Shown here: positions 37,737 to 50,300 of the stretch, piece after piece
How positions within the stretch are numbered: the stretch's first letter is position 1
Layout: each line of letters opens with the position of its first letter
From: Dipteris shenzhenensis
Lineage: Eukaryota
DNA length: 64,000 nucleotides
Assembly: GCA_047967505.1 (NCBI GenBank)
Contig: CM106538.1
Direction: 5' to 3' (one strand)
The notes under the pieces: model-generated
Told to the model about the DNA's origin: nothing
The model's input: the letters and a program-made list of their open reading frames with translations, nothing else
The model's database searches: none
Program-made: the position numbers and the translations under genes

Positions 37737-40700
37737 TGTAGGCCATCTTCTGGTGGTTCTAGTGATGTCCTATAGGCCATGGTATGTGCCTTGTAGGCAT
37801 AAATGTAGGCACTTGTAGTGTTAGTGCCCTTTAGGCCACATAGGATACTTAGTCCTATGTGACACCTAGGACACTTAGTCCTAGGTCTAGGTACAAGTAC
37901 CTTGTACTCCTATTTTTCATTATCCTAAGTGTCCTAGGTGTCACATAGGACTAAGTGTCCTATGTGGCCTAAAAGGCTGACGTGACAGACTCGATCGACT
38001 TTTTGCAACTTGCACTCTCTCTTTGCCTATCGATCCTACAGTGGTATCAGAGCAAGGTTTGACTCGTCTTCCTGCCCCAAGACTCCTTGTTGTACCTATC
38101 CGTACTGGTTTCCTATGTCGTACAGATCTGTACCTCCATCGTACTTGTGCAGTACAACTTTCGAATTTGAGCCGCCGTACAGCAATATAGTTGCGTGTCT
38201 GTGACACCGTACGTTAGACTCCGTACACGAGTACTTGTTATGTACATGCGCCGTACTAGAGTCATTGTACTTGCGTTGCCGTACAACTGTACGTATTTGC
38301 GTCGCCATACAACTGTCACCGTACCTGCGCCAATCTACGTATCTTCTGCACCTACATTGCCGTACTGCCCGTACAGATTGTTGTGCCACACTACGTACAT
38401 CTTCCGTACCGGCACGTGGGAACGTATTGTTCCGTACAATTTTTAATACTAGATCCGTACTTCAACCGTACACCGTACGGTGTACTTGATATGTACTTCA
38501 TCCGTATAGTTATTGTACACTGTACTTGAGCTGTCCGTACAGCTAGTACTTCTTTCAAGTGATCCCCGTACAGATGGTTGCACGTACAAGGTTACATTGT
38601 GGACATTGGTATTTTTTGGGGCTTTCAGTTCATTTCAGCTTCTTTGGTTGCAAATTCCTGCAAGAACATTGGGGCTTTGGGATTTGGTCTGCAATTTCTC
38701 GTTTAATTGCAATACATTGGGTTAGATTGGAGTACATTGAGTCAGATTTTCAGACATTGAGTCACTTCTGCAGGACATTGAGTCAGATTTGCATACATTG
38801 GGTCACATTTGCAAAAATTTCAGCAAAATTTGGGGCTTTTCTGCATTTGCCCATTTTTTGGCCTATTTGCCCTCAATAAATTTGGGGCTTTTGCCATATT
38901 TGCTATTTTTTTGAAGTGAACATTGCCTGTCACAGTCACATTTGGGTCAGATCTGCATTTGACCTTTGATTTGGGTCAGAAATTTGCAGATATTTGCTGT
39001 CATTTTTGGACAGCCAGCTTTTTGCAGTGATAGCCTTGAGGCTTTTGGGTTTTCAGGTCTTTTTCAAGGTATCACATTTGGTATGGCTGGGAACAATCAA
39101 GATTTATTTGGAGTTCTTCGTGAAGATGATAAGTTGGATGGCACCAACTATCCGATGTGGTCTTATCTCATGAAACATATTCTTGTTGCAAAGCATTTGT
39201 GGAATATTGTTTCCGGGGCTGATCTGAGGCCCAGCCAATGCTACAGTGGTTGCCTCTACTGCTGGTCCTTCTGCAGGGGGTACTCCTCCTGATGCCTCTT
39301 CCTCTAGCACTCCTGTTGCTGCTCTTCCAACTCAAGAACAGTCAAGATGGGATGCAAGAGATGCAAATGCACATTCATGCATTGCTTTATCATGCAAGAG
39401 AATGATTATTCCACCCATCCGGTCTTGCAGGACAGCAAAGGATGCTTGATAAATTGGCTTCTCTCTATCAGATTCGCAATGAAGATCGTGTTGCATATTT
39501 GAGAAGGCAATTACAGGAAGTCAGTCTGAATGAAGGTGAGTCAATGGATGCATACTTGACAAAGGTCAAGGACCTCGTGGAACAGCTTGCCAACATTGAT
39601 GCGGTGGTACCAAATTCACAGCTTGTTAGTGCCACATTGAATGGACTGCCAGATGCATATCAAGGGTTTGCTACAACCCTTTGATTAGTGGCCATGGGTA
39701 ATCCAGACCACTATTCTTTTGATCAGCTAGTTACTTTGCTTTTGCAGGAAGAGCAAAGTAGAGCTAATAGACAAGCCATTATTCCTGATCATGCATTTGC
39801 TTCACAGCAGACAGGAAGAGGCAAGGCTTCCAAGCCTATGGGCAAGCCAAAATTTGTGCATAGCAGTTGCAATTCCTCCCATGCATCTAAAAATACAGCA
39901 GATAAGGCAAAGAAGAAAAGATGCAACTATTGTCGCAAGCCTGGACATGACATTTCAGAATGCAGGAAGTGCATTGCTTCAGAGAAAAAGAAAGCAGGAT
40001 TGACAGTTAATGCCTCTCATGTTATTGAATCCCATGAGCCAGAAGATGCTTCACATGCACATGCTCTTCAAGATGATTGGGCATGGGCTGTCCATTGCTC
40101 ATTTGATCCATCCAAAGCTGATGCATTCTTTACTGCTAATGATGCTCAGTCCTGGTACTTTGATAGTGGTGCTTCCAAGCATGTCACATCTTGCAGACAG
40201 TTGTTTCATTCTTTAGCTGATGCACCTCGAGGGGGAACTGTTACATGTGCTAATAATGCTTCATATGCTGTAAAAGGAGTTGGAGATGTGCAGCTCACAT
40301 CCATTTCAAGCCATCCTGTCACTCTGACAAATTTCTTTTTATGCTTGGCATTGAAGTCAACTTGATTTCAATTTCAGCAATTGCTACTTCAGGTTTTAGA
40401 GTGATTTTTGATGGCTACAGATGTCTAGTTTATGATCTTCGTGATGACAATGCCATAGTTCTCACTGGCATTTTGGCAAAAGGGCTTTATCACCTTGATC
40501 ATCATTTAGCTGCACTTTCTATTGAAGCATTGGCTATTTCAGATTCACAGCTTGCTGAAAGTCATCTTTGGCATGAGAGAATGGGCCATCTCAATTATAG
40601 AGCTCTTGCAAAGCTACATTAACAGCAGATGGCAAATGATGTACCTCAGACTCACACAGTTTCCAAACATGTGTGTGAGGGTTGTCTTTTGGGTAAGATG

Positions 40701-43160
40701 CATCGATTTCCTTTTCAAAAGAATTGTCCAAAACTCTTACAAAGGAAATTGCAGCTAGTACACAGTGATGTCTGTGGCCCAATGAGGACAAATGCCATTG
40801 GGGGGTATAAGTATTTCATGACTCTCATTGATGATTTCATAAGATATTGCTGGGTATATCCTTTAAAGGCTAAATCTGAAGTTTTCTTATGCTTTCAGAG
40901 ATGGCTGAATATGGTTGAGAATGAATCAGGATGCAAGCTTGTCACCCTCAACACAGATGGGGGGGGAGAGTATATGTCAAAGGAGTTTGATGCATTTCTG
41001 TCTTCACGGGGCATTATTCACTCATGCACTTCACTAAGCAATAATCAGCCACAACCTCATGCTGATTTGCAGGTTTCTCTTCCGGTACAAAATGATCCCA
41101 CTACTCATGATGCAGTCATTGAAGAAAGAGCTGTCAATAGACAGCAAAGGCAAGTTCCCAGATGGCTTCTTGATACATTGAGGGACAGCAACAAGATCAG
41201 CCTTTTGCTGCCCGGACAAGATCAGGGAACAGACAGCATGGTCACTTCCTTGAGTTTGCACTCCTTGCTACAGCTTGCAATGAAGAACCTCTGTGCCATA
41301 AAGATGCTTTTGACAGCAAAGAGTGGATGGATGCAATGAGAGCTGAGTTACAATCTATTGCCAAAAATGACACATGGAAATTAGTAGATCTCCCTCCCGG
41401 CAAGCATGCCATTGGAATGCGGAGGGTCTACAAATTAAAAAGGAAATCTGATGGCAGCATAGATCGATACAAAGCCCGTCTTGTTGCAAATATGCCCAAC
41501 AACAAGGCATTGACTTTAAGGAGACATTTGCTCCCACATCCAGGATTACTACCATTAGATGTGTCATTGCCATTGCAGCCCATCATCATTGGCAAGTGCA
41601 CCAACTTGACATCAAGACCGCTTTTCTTCATGGGGATCTGCAGGAAGAAGTCTATGTCACACAACCTCGTGGCTTTGAGGTTGTTAATTCTGAAAATAAG
41701 GTATGCCGGCTTAGAAAAGCCCTTTATGGTTTGAAGCAGGCACCCAGGGCATGTATGCCAAAATTCATGCACACTTACTATCCCTTGGTTTTCAGAATAG
41801 TCCCACAGAACCCACTCTTTATGTCCGTGGGAGTGGATCTGATTTTTTAGTGCTGATTTTATATGTGGATGATACGCTTATCACGGGCCCAGATACTCAG
41901 CAAATTGCAGCTTTCAAGGCTGATTTGCAGCAGGTTTTTGAAATGTCAGACATGGGACAGCTCCATTATTATTTGGGCATTCAGTTTGCTCATGTTAAGG
42001 GGGGTATCATGATGTCTCAGTCCAACTATATTGGACAGGTCCTTGATCGTTTTCAGTTTGAGGATTGCAAGCCAATCTCTACTCCAGTGGACCCTGGCTT
42101 CAAATTCTTAGCTCATGATGGGAGCCCACCATGTGATATCACTCTATATCAGCAGGTTGTTGGATGCCTTATTTATTTATGTCACACCAGACCTGACTTG
42201 CAGTATGCAAAATCTCAGCTCAGCAGATTCATGCACATGCCCAGTTCACAGCATTGGCAAGCAGTGAAGAGAGTCTTCAGATATCTCAGAGGCACTCAAG
42301 ATTTAGCCCTCTTCTATAGTGATCAGGGTTCAGTTACCATGCATGCTAACACAGATAGTGACTGGGCAGGATGTTCCGACACCAGAGTGTCACATACTGG
42401 CAATTGTTTTTTGCTTGGCAATTCATGCATCTCTTGGCTCAGCAAGAAGCAACCAACAGTTGCCACATCTAGCTGTGAGGCTGAGTACAGGGCAGCTTTC
42501 ACCGCTACAGTGAAGTGTGTTTGGCTTCGACAGTTACTTACAGATCTTGGTATTCGCCAGACATATTCTCTACACTGACAGCCAGAGTGCTTTGGCCATT
42601 GCACGTAACCCAGTGTCTAATGCGCGTACCAAGCATATTGAAGTTCACTATCATTATGTTCGGGAGCGGTTGTCAGCAGGAGACATAGAGTTGTCCTATC
42701 TTCCCACAGAGGACAACATAGCAGATATGTTTACAAAGGCACTTCCTCGTCCCAAGTTCGAAGTCTTCCGACAGGCTTTACACTTGGTTCCTTTTGTTAC
42801 ATGATGTGACATCCCTTGTACATTCATAGGTGGCTATATCCTTTTGGATGAACATGTGCCACCATGACCAGAAAATACCAGGTACTCTGAGACGTTTCCA
42901 GAGTACTTCAGCCCATCCTATGGAGGGTGGTTTGTAGGCCATCTTCTGGTGGTTCTAGTGATGCCCTATAGGCCATGGTATGTGCCTTGTAGGCATAAAT
43001 GTAGGCACTTGTAGTGTTAGTGCCTTTTAGTTTACATAGGACACTTAGTCCTATGTAACACCTAGGACACTTAGTCCTAGGTCTAGGTACAAGTACCTTG
43101 TACTTCTATTTTTCATTATCCTAGATTTTGACGTGACATACTCTATCGACTTTTTGCAAC
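37737..43160 (+). mobile_element. Ty1/Copia LTR retrotransposon C (integrase C-half deleted; 3' LTR truncated)
   Basis: 5' LTR 37737-38040 (TGTAGG...CTACA); PBS 38042-38053; gag KLDGTNYPMW and CNYCRKPGH; protease WYFDSGAS; RT YVDDTL; RNase H SSCEAEY; 3' LTR from 42933. Confidence 0.93.
38090..38590. repeat. CGTAC/GTAC-rich array in Copia C leader
   Basis: About 30 GTAC tetramers in 500 bp by manual count, mostly as CGTAC. Confidence 0.9.
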
Positions 43161-44066
43161 CACCAAAAAAATATATTTCCGTCCAAAGCTATGGATACAA
43201 TACAAAAGAGAGAAAGATCTAGAGTCCCACCAATGGTGTGGTCCTCTGATCTTCCCACAAGGTCCTTCTCCTATCTGCCAGCTATCTCTAGACTCGAGCC
43301 TGCGTGCTCCACCTCGAGCGTAAGTAGCCTATCCATCCAAAGATCACAACACCTTGCTGCCCTAGAAGACAGCCAAGGTCCAGCCTCTAGGGAACTCAGT
43401 CTGCAACACACCTTTCACTCTCTTTCACCCCCAGTGTGAGGCCCAAGGGAGTGGCTTCTGGCTGCTTCTGTCTGCTCCTGCTCTTGCTGAATGGTTGGAT
43501 GATGAATGAGGCCCAGAGCCTCTCCTTTTATAGGCCCAAGGCCTTGCTGCAAAACCGACCAGAAGGGGGAGTTCTGGCTGACCCACTCAGCCCCTCCCTG
43601 ACCGACTTTGGTGCCTCAAGGGCCTTTGGCCTACACTTCTTGGCAAGGCCCAGCCTAGTATCCAGCCTATAAATAGGCCTGGTTGGCTGGCTCTACCCAG
43701 CCCAACCAGCCTGTCTAATCAGGCCGACACTTCATGCTGCTGTCCCGCCTTCTTTGCACCATGTGGCACTACCCCGTACAACCCCATACACTGCTGATGT
43801 CACCTGCCAGCTCATTGGCTCTGTTCCAGCCTGATTCTCCTGTGCAGATCTGCCTCAACCAATCCTAGACAGCCACTTGGCCTTTCTAAGCCCTTGCTGT
43901 CCTCCATGATGTCTTCCATCGGCCAGGTTCTCTCTTTGGTTTCTGCTTACATGGCAGCCCATGTGGTAGCCCCATGCTTTTCTCTGGGCATGTTATGCCC
44001 TAGGTCTCCCTCCCCCATGCTCTCCTCATATGGAGGCTTATAGATGGGGAGGTGACCTTTCCAACA
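43161..44066 (-). mobile_element. Partial solo-LTR-like insertion
   Basis: Minus strand begins TGTTGG at 44066 and has a TATA box (CCTATAAAAAGG); non-coding; other end truncated. Confidence 0.45.
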
Positions 44067-47000
44067 AAAACACAGTTCTTAAGGCTATTGAGCATCTATA
44101 GGTTTGAGTCACGGATGGGAGTGCCCAAGCATGGACTAATTGTGGGCCAAGGGTAGGCCAAAGAGTGAGCCAAAGGAAAGTGCAGGTTGCTAGAGCACGT
44201 GCTGGCTGGGATAGGACTGAGTCACAATTGAAGCTCTCTCTCTCTCCACACAGGCTGGCTGCTCCAGAGGACCTGAGTCAGTGGGAAATCACAAAAGGTT
44301 GTAAAGGGGTTGGACCTTGCATGCCAACTGAGTTCTTGAATGGTGGATTAATTTGCAAGGTTCTTTGACGACATACTTTACAGGCCGTAGAAGGACGTTC
44401 AATTTATAGTGGAGAAGCAAGAAATTGAGCAGGGAGCTTTCTTTTTTAATTTAAATCTCAATCTGCCTGTGTTATAAAATTGCAGAGTTTTTTAAATTAC
44501 AGCAGTAGTTTTTTCCAATTATTTGAGATTGCAGGTATTTCCCTAGTATAGGGAAAAATAGTTGGCAGACTACAGACATATGCTTGTATAGCGGGACGTT
44601 TTGGGAGTGTGGTATTTGCTTGAAGATTTCAGTTTGATTAGTGTGTGTTAAAAAAAAAACCCCCCTACCTTATGGATAGAGGCAAAGCAATAGCAATGGA
44701 AGTTAAAGAAGAAGCTTCTAGGGTGGATCCCGTAGAATCGGGAATCCGGCCGATCCCACAGGTATTGCATCCAACAGCCCATACACTGTATGGTAGAATT
44801 GCCTTATTAGAGGATGCCTTGCAACAGATTTTGGCTCAGCAGCTGCAAGCTAATGTAGGACAATCCGAGCTTAGGAAAATGGTTCATAGTATGTCTACTA
44901 GACCATCTCATAAGGAGAAAAGTAAAGCTCCAATGGAGCCTGAAATCAGTGTTAGTGTTCATACGGTCGAGCCTCGGAGGGCTAAGGTGCCACCCACATA
45001 TTTAATGAGGCAGCGGATAGATGGTGGATAAAACAACAGAGGGATGGAGTGGCATCCACTACTTAGGAGGGGTTCAAGAAAGAATTCAGAAAACACTTCT
45101 TGCCTCTTGGTGAAGCATCTCGAGCTTGGGATCAATATAGAAACCTTCATCAGAGAAATTTATCAGTGATTGAATACATTGATAAATTCAGAGAAAGTGT
45201 AATGAAAGTTTATGAACCTTTACCTCAGTTGGTATAGGTAAAATCTTTTATTTGTGAACTGAATGATCGGATCAAGATGGAAGTTCGGGCTAAGTATGCG
45301 AACACTAGTATGCGAACACTGTAGATGAAGCAATTGCCATAGCCTTGAACTATGAGGATGCCAAAGGAAACATCCTCAAACTTCGAATTCAGGAATGTCG
45401 CCCTGGGTAAGGCTTGGCATTGTAAGAAGAATCTAGCCATAGATTGGAAAAAGCATATCTATCAGTTCAAGCTGAACGATTTGTTGTATGTCTTGCAAGG
45501 TGAAAAAGATTTGCCTCAGGGATCGTTAGTTTCCGTAATGGAAGTTCGCAAAACTCAATAAGAGTTCTTGTTTCTTTATACAGCATCGATAGAGCCGATT
45601 GATGGTCCATCGGCTAGCACTGATGTTACTCGAGATGGGGAGATGGCCAAGTTGGTTGATCATATTGTAGAGGAGTTCTCGGATTGTTTAGTTGCCTTAT
45701 GGGTTACCTGTAGAGTGGACTGTTCAGCATAAGATTAAACTTATGCTGGGAGGCAGAACAAGTAAATAGACCTCCCTATAGATTAAGGTTTACTGAAGAA
45801 GCTAAGGTGCGAAGGCAACCTCAAGCTGGGGCAGATTCAGCCCAGTTTCTCACCTTTTGCTTCGCCAGTGATATTGAAGAAAAAGAAAGATGATACTTTC
45901 CACCACTGTATAGATCACTCATGCAGGAGTTTAACATGACGATTCGGTACCGAAGAGGGACGAATAAAGTTGCTGATGTGTTGTCACACGTAATGCATAA
46001 TATGAGTTTCACGCTATTAGAGAGTGCTCTAATGGGTGAGATTAGGAAACTCAAAAGATAGATGAGTTCGCATCCAGAGTCTTTGGCCTAAGACACGTGT
46101 GCTTAAACCCGGGGAAAAGAATGACTTGGCATCCATAAAAGGCCAAATTTATGTTAGATATAACATAGGGCATGATATGCTGAAAAGAAATGGCAAGGTA
46201 GTAGTACCTAATCAGAATGATCTCAGGCAGAGAGTCATTCAACAATGCCATGATAGCCCGTGTGTGGACATTAGGGATCGAGAAGACATATGATCTTGTG
46301 AAACAAGATTTCTTTTGGTAAAAAATAAAAAAACATATTCATGAATGTGTGACAAGCTATTTTTCGTGTCAAGTGAGTTAAGGCTGAGCGGGTGAAGCCC
46401 TTGGAAATACCACTAGGTAGGTGGGAGAGCATTTCCATGGACTTTATAGTTGGTCTGCCTTGTGGTGGTTGATCGTCTTACCAAGATGGCTCACTTCATT
46501 CCGACTAGGGAGTCTGTTAGTGTCCCGCAAGTGGTGGATTTGTTTATTAAACATATATTTTCTTTGCATGGATTACCCAGATCCATAGTGTCAGACAGGG
46601 ATGTTAAATTTATTAGTCATTTTTGGACTTCAATGTTTGAGGCACTAAGGATTGAGTTGGGAATGAGTAGTGGGGATCATCTTGAAATGGATGGTCAGAC
46701 GGAAATAGTCAACCAGACTTTAGAGGATATGTTTAGAGCATATGTTTCATTGAGGCAACATACGTGGAACAAGTGGTTGCCACTATTAGAATTTGCTTAC
46801 ATGTTAGAAAACATTCCTCTACAGGAATGAGTCCATTTGAGTTGAACTATGGTTATAGACTAGCAAATTTAATTGTGGTTGGAACATCTCAGAATAGAGC
46901 TAAGGCATATGCGGATGAAAATAGATCCGTTATAGGGGATTTAAGGAAGGATAATTTTTTTTCCTCAGAATTCCTTCACACTATAAGTCTTTGACTGCAA

Positions 47001-48799
47001 GACAGTGTGCTAAGTTATCACATCGATACTGTGGGCTGTGGTTAATTCTTAAAAGAATAGGCAAGGTGGCCTATAAGTTGGAACTACCACAGGGTTATAA
47101 GGTGCATCCAGTGTTTCATGTTTCTCGTTTAAAGAGGTTTTTGCACCTAGGTGACTCATTGATCGAGGGTGTTGTTTTGTTTCAGGAGATAGAGGATAAT
47201 GCAAGGCATAAACCAAAAAGAATCCTAGAACGAGAAACAACATAGGTATGCAATCGAAAGATACCAACGGTGTTGGTTGCATGGCATGGTCTACTTCTAT
47301 CTGAGGCTACTTGGGAATCCGTATACCAGATGCGGAGAGCTTTCTCAGATTTTATCATGGAGGACGCTGATGCCTGAAGAGGGAAGGAATGTTATGCTCA
47401 AGCTGAGATAACATGACGTTGGAAGGATCGGTGGATATTTTCCTTTAGAGGGCCAATGGTCGTATTTTATTTTATAGCGCTTCAAGTATATTGTTAAAAG
47501 AATCAATGTCAAGGTCCTTGTTGAGGGCGAAGTGGCACTGACTAGATGGTTCTAAGGTCAGGGGCCTAGGTACACCAAAGTCTGTAATTGCCGAGCTTTT
47601 CTTGTCAAACTCTCTTGTACATCTAATGTATCTCAAGACTCTGTTGGCTACATTTCAGTGAGACTGTTTTGGATTTGCCATAAATTGTGTAAGTGAACGC
47701 ACTGCATAACTAATATCTGGCCTTGATAGTCAGATATATAAGAGATCCGATGAGCTGCCGATAGTATTTTTCATTGACTGTAAGATTTCTCGATCTTTTG
47801 TCAGTTCCAAGGGAGTGGTTGCAATCTTGCAATTTGCCATATGAAACTTTTTCAGGAGACTATTCACATATTTTGGCTGGCTCATAAAGGTGTTGTCTGA
47901 GTTTCTCTAGAACTCAATTCCAAGATAATAGTGCATAAGCCCAAGATCTTTCACGTCGAACTTTGTAGATAACTCTTGCTTTAGCTTGCTAATGAAGCTA
48001 TCATTGCTTTCTGTCACAATCAGATCATTTACATACAAAAGTGCAATAGTAATGTCTTCCACTTGAACTTTGTAGTAGAGAGCATGATCTGCATTGGACT
48101 TCATGTATCCCAAATTAGCAAAAATACTTGTCGATTCTGTTATACCAACTTCTGGATGCTTGCTTTAAGCCGTAGAGACTTTTCTTGAGATGGCAAATCT
48201 AATACTCCTTCCCTGGTTCAACATAACGTGCAGGTTGTTGCATGTAGACTTCCTCATCTAGGTAACTATTGAGAAAAGCATTTTTGACATCGAGCTGGTA
48301 CACATTCCATCTGCTGAGTGTCGCTAGTGATATTAAAAAATCATATGGAGTCCATCTTTGCTATTGGAGCATAAGTCTCATCATAATCTTGACCATATTG
48401 CTGTGCAAAACCTTTTGCAACTAGTTTGGCTTTGTATCTTTCAATGCTTTGTACTTCACTTTGTAAATCCATTTGTTTGCTATGGCTTTTTTTCCTAGTG
48501 AAAGGTCGCATAATTCCGAAGTATGTTTTTGTACAAAGCTTTCATTTCTTCATTCATAGCAGTTTGCCACCAGCTCAGGTAGTCCTTCTAAAATGGTGAA
48601 GGGATCCTGCAGCCAAACGGGCACAAGTGAATATTCTTGGAACCCGGGTATGAAGTCATGCTAGAAAGAGGCCTTGTGAACTGAGAGAGAAATTTTTTCT
48701 AGGCTGAGACCTAGACCTACCTAGAATCCTAAGACGGTAACACTAACCTATTGTTTTCCCGTGGGTACTAGTGAAGATGGACTAACTATCTGACTTGAC

Positions 48800-49430
48800 C
48801 TAAGGCTGAGAGACTGACCTACATAACTCGTGCTTGATTGTCCTTGGACAAGGGCTCACAATGGGGTCACGGCATATGACAAAATATCCTATCATAGGAA
48901 CTATTTGGGATGTCTAGTAAGCATACTTTACGTTTTTGAAACAAAAGACCATTCCGAATGGAATACTGATCTTAGATGTCTCTCCCCTAAATCAATTGGT
49001 TAATCTCAGCATGTCCCAACTTGGACCGATAGATAGATATGGCTAAAGTAATGATCATGCTCCTACATGCCTTTAAAGGATAAAAAGAGACCAGTTTGGA
49101 TCTTCGTGAACTTATAAAGGTCACAAAACCTTTGTATCAGATTTCAAAGTTGAAATCTTGCATAAGCTCAGATCATCTAGCCCGTACGGCCATGTAAGTC
49201 TGAAGCTTTATAAGAGTACTTAATTGATGTGTTATCAACACACTCTACAAACTGAGAGCCATATAAATAATGCCTCCGCTTCTTCAATGCATGGATAACA
49301 AATTGTTCCTTTTTATGAGTGGGATATTTGAGCTGTGCTCGTGTCATCTTGAGGATACAGGTTGGACATCCTGAAACAAGCCTGCACCAATGGCATAATC
49401 ACTAGTATCCGTTTAAACCGCCAATGATTT
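48800..49430 (-). mobile_element. Gypsy RNase H fragment
   Basis: TDTSDYAIGAGLFQDVQP...RRHYLYGSQF...ELMQDFNFEI. Confidence 0.75.
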
Positions 49431-49697
49431 ACTTTCATCCACAGATTGCAACATAGCCGTGGTAACCACTACATGGTTCAGCTTTCTGAGGCACCAGTTA
49501 TTTCAGTTGATGAAACTTAAACAGAGTTTTGAAAAAACAAATCAGTGTTTTTGGATTTTATGCGATGCAGCGTTTTTTATTTTTAGTGAATGTGTGGTTT
49601 AGTTCTTGCAATCTAGATATTGTCTTTTTGGCAACAATTATAATGAGTATCTTTGTGCTCTCGCGTTAATGAGTATCTTTGTGCTCTCGCGTGTCAG

Positions 49698-49824
49698 GTA
49701 TGCTCTATACAACCTGAAGCAGACAGCGAATTGCATCTCACAGGGAGTCATTGAGGGCATTGGCACATCAAAATGTTCCATCTCTCATAAGAATTTACAG
49801 CTTGGACAGAATGTCAAAATGCAG
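49698..49824 (+). CDS. ACK: Acetate kinase exon 2 (K/YALYNLKQTANCISQGVIEGIGTSKCSISHKNLQLGQNVKMQ)
   Basis: Acceptor TCAG|G at 49697/49698 completes the split Lys codon in the correct phase; no stops; matches the acetokinase KxxLxx...GxxExIG segment; donor CAG|GTGGGT at 49825. Confidence 0.88.
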
Positions 49825-50300
49825 GTGGGTTGTTTACCATTTCATTCCATCATGCCTCTTTTGCTTTTGCCGTTGGTGCTAGAAGTTACTGTAGTCCTAA
49901 ATCTTCTTGAGGAATGGGTTTCTCAGATGAACATTGTAGAAGGGAATTTGACTGTGTCCATTTGGAGTGCAATGGGGGTCGTTGGCAAAATGCAAGTGCA
50001 AACTATCATGATCTTGTAATCGAATTTTAAATACTTGAGACTTCAGAAACTATGATTTTTCTGAAAAACAGGTTGTGTTACTTGCTTTGATTTGGGGCTC
50101 TTTTTCCATCTTTGTCTCTCTCGATGCTTTGCAATAAATGCCAACACTGTTTGGGTCAAGGTCAAAAGGCATGCCTTTCCCTTGTGGAAGGATCTTTTGA
50201 TCCGGATAAGCTACTCCTTATTTGCCAGGTTAGAACTGTGGCATGACCGAGTATTGTTTTTCAATGCTAGGATGGAAACTAGATTAGTAGTCACTAACCA

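Larger units (their letters stand above)
36712..47592 (+). mobile_element. Ty3/Gypsy chromovirus-type element, degraded, with most of RT/RNase H deleted; hosts Copia C
   Basis: LTR sequence at ~36712-36890 matches 47415-47592; PPT and TGTTATG LTR start at 47390; gag FKKEFRKHFLP; integrase VVVDRLTKMAHF, SDRDVKF, HPVFHVSRLK; chromodomain LVAWHG...EATWE. Confidence 0.85.
36490..48570 (-). mobile_element. Old Copia remnant (RT and RNase H) split by a Gypsy insertion, in ACK intron 1
   Basis: ENVANIFTKPLG at ~36650-36700; YRQLIGSLIY, YVNDLIVT, QLDVKNAFLN and KAKLVAKGFAQ at 47593-48570. Confidence 0.8.

Noticed and set aside
38090-38590. CRISPR-like repeat-spacer array
   Set aside because: The motif is only 4-6 bp with irregular spacing, the context is a eukaryotic LTR leader, and there are no cas genes.
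49606-50019. 137-aa ORF as a stand-alone gene
   Set aside because: Only 49698-49824 is coding (ACK exon 2); the rest is intron read-through.
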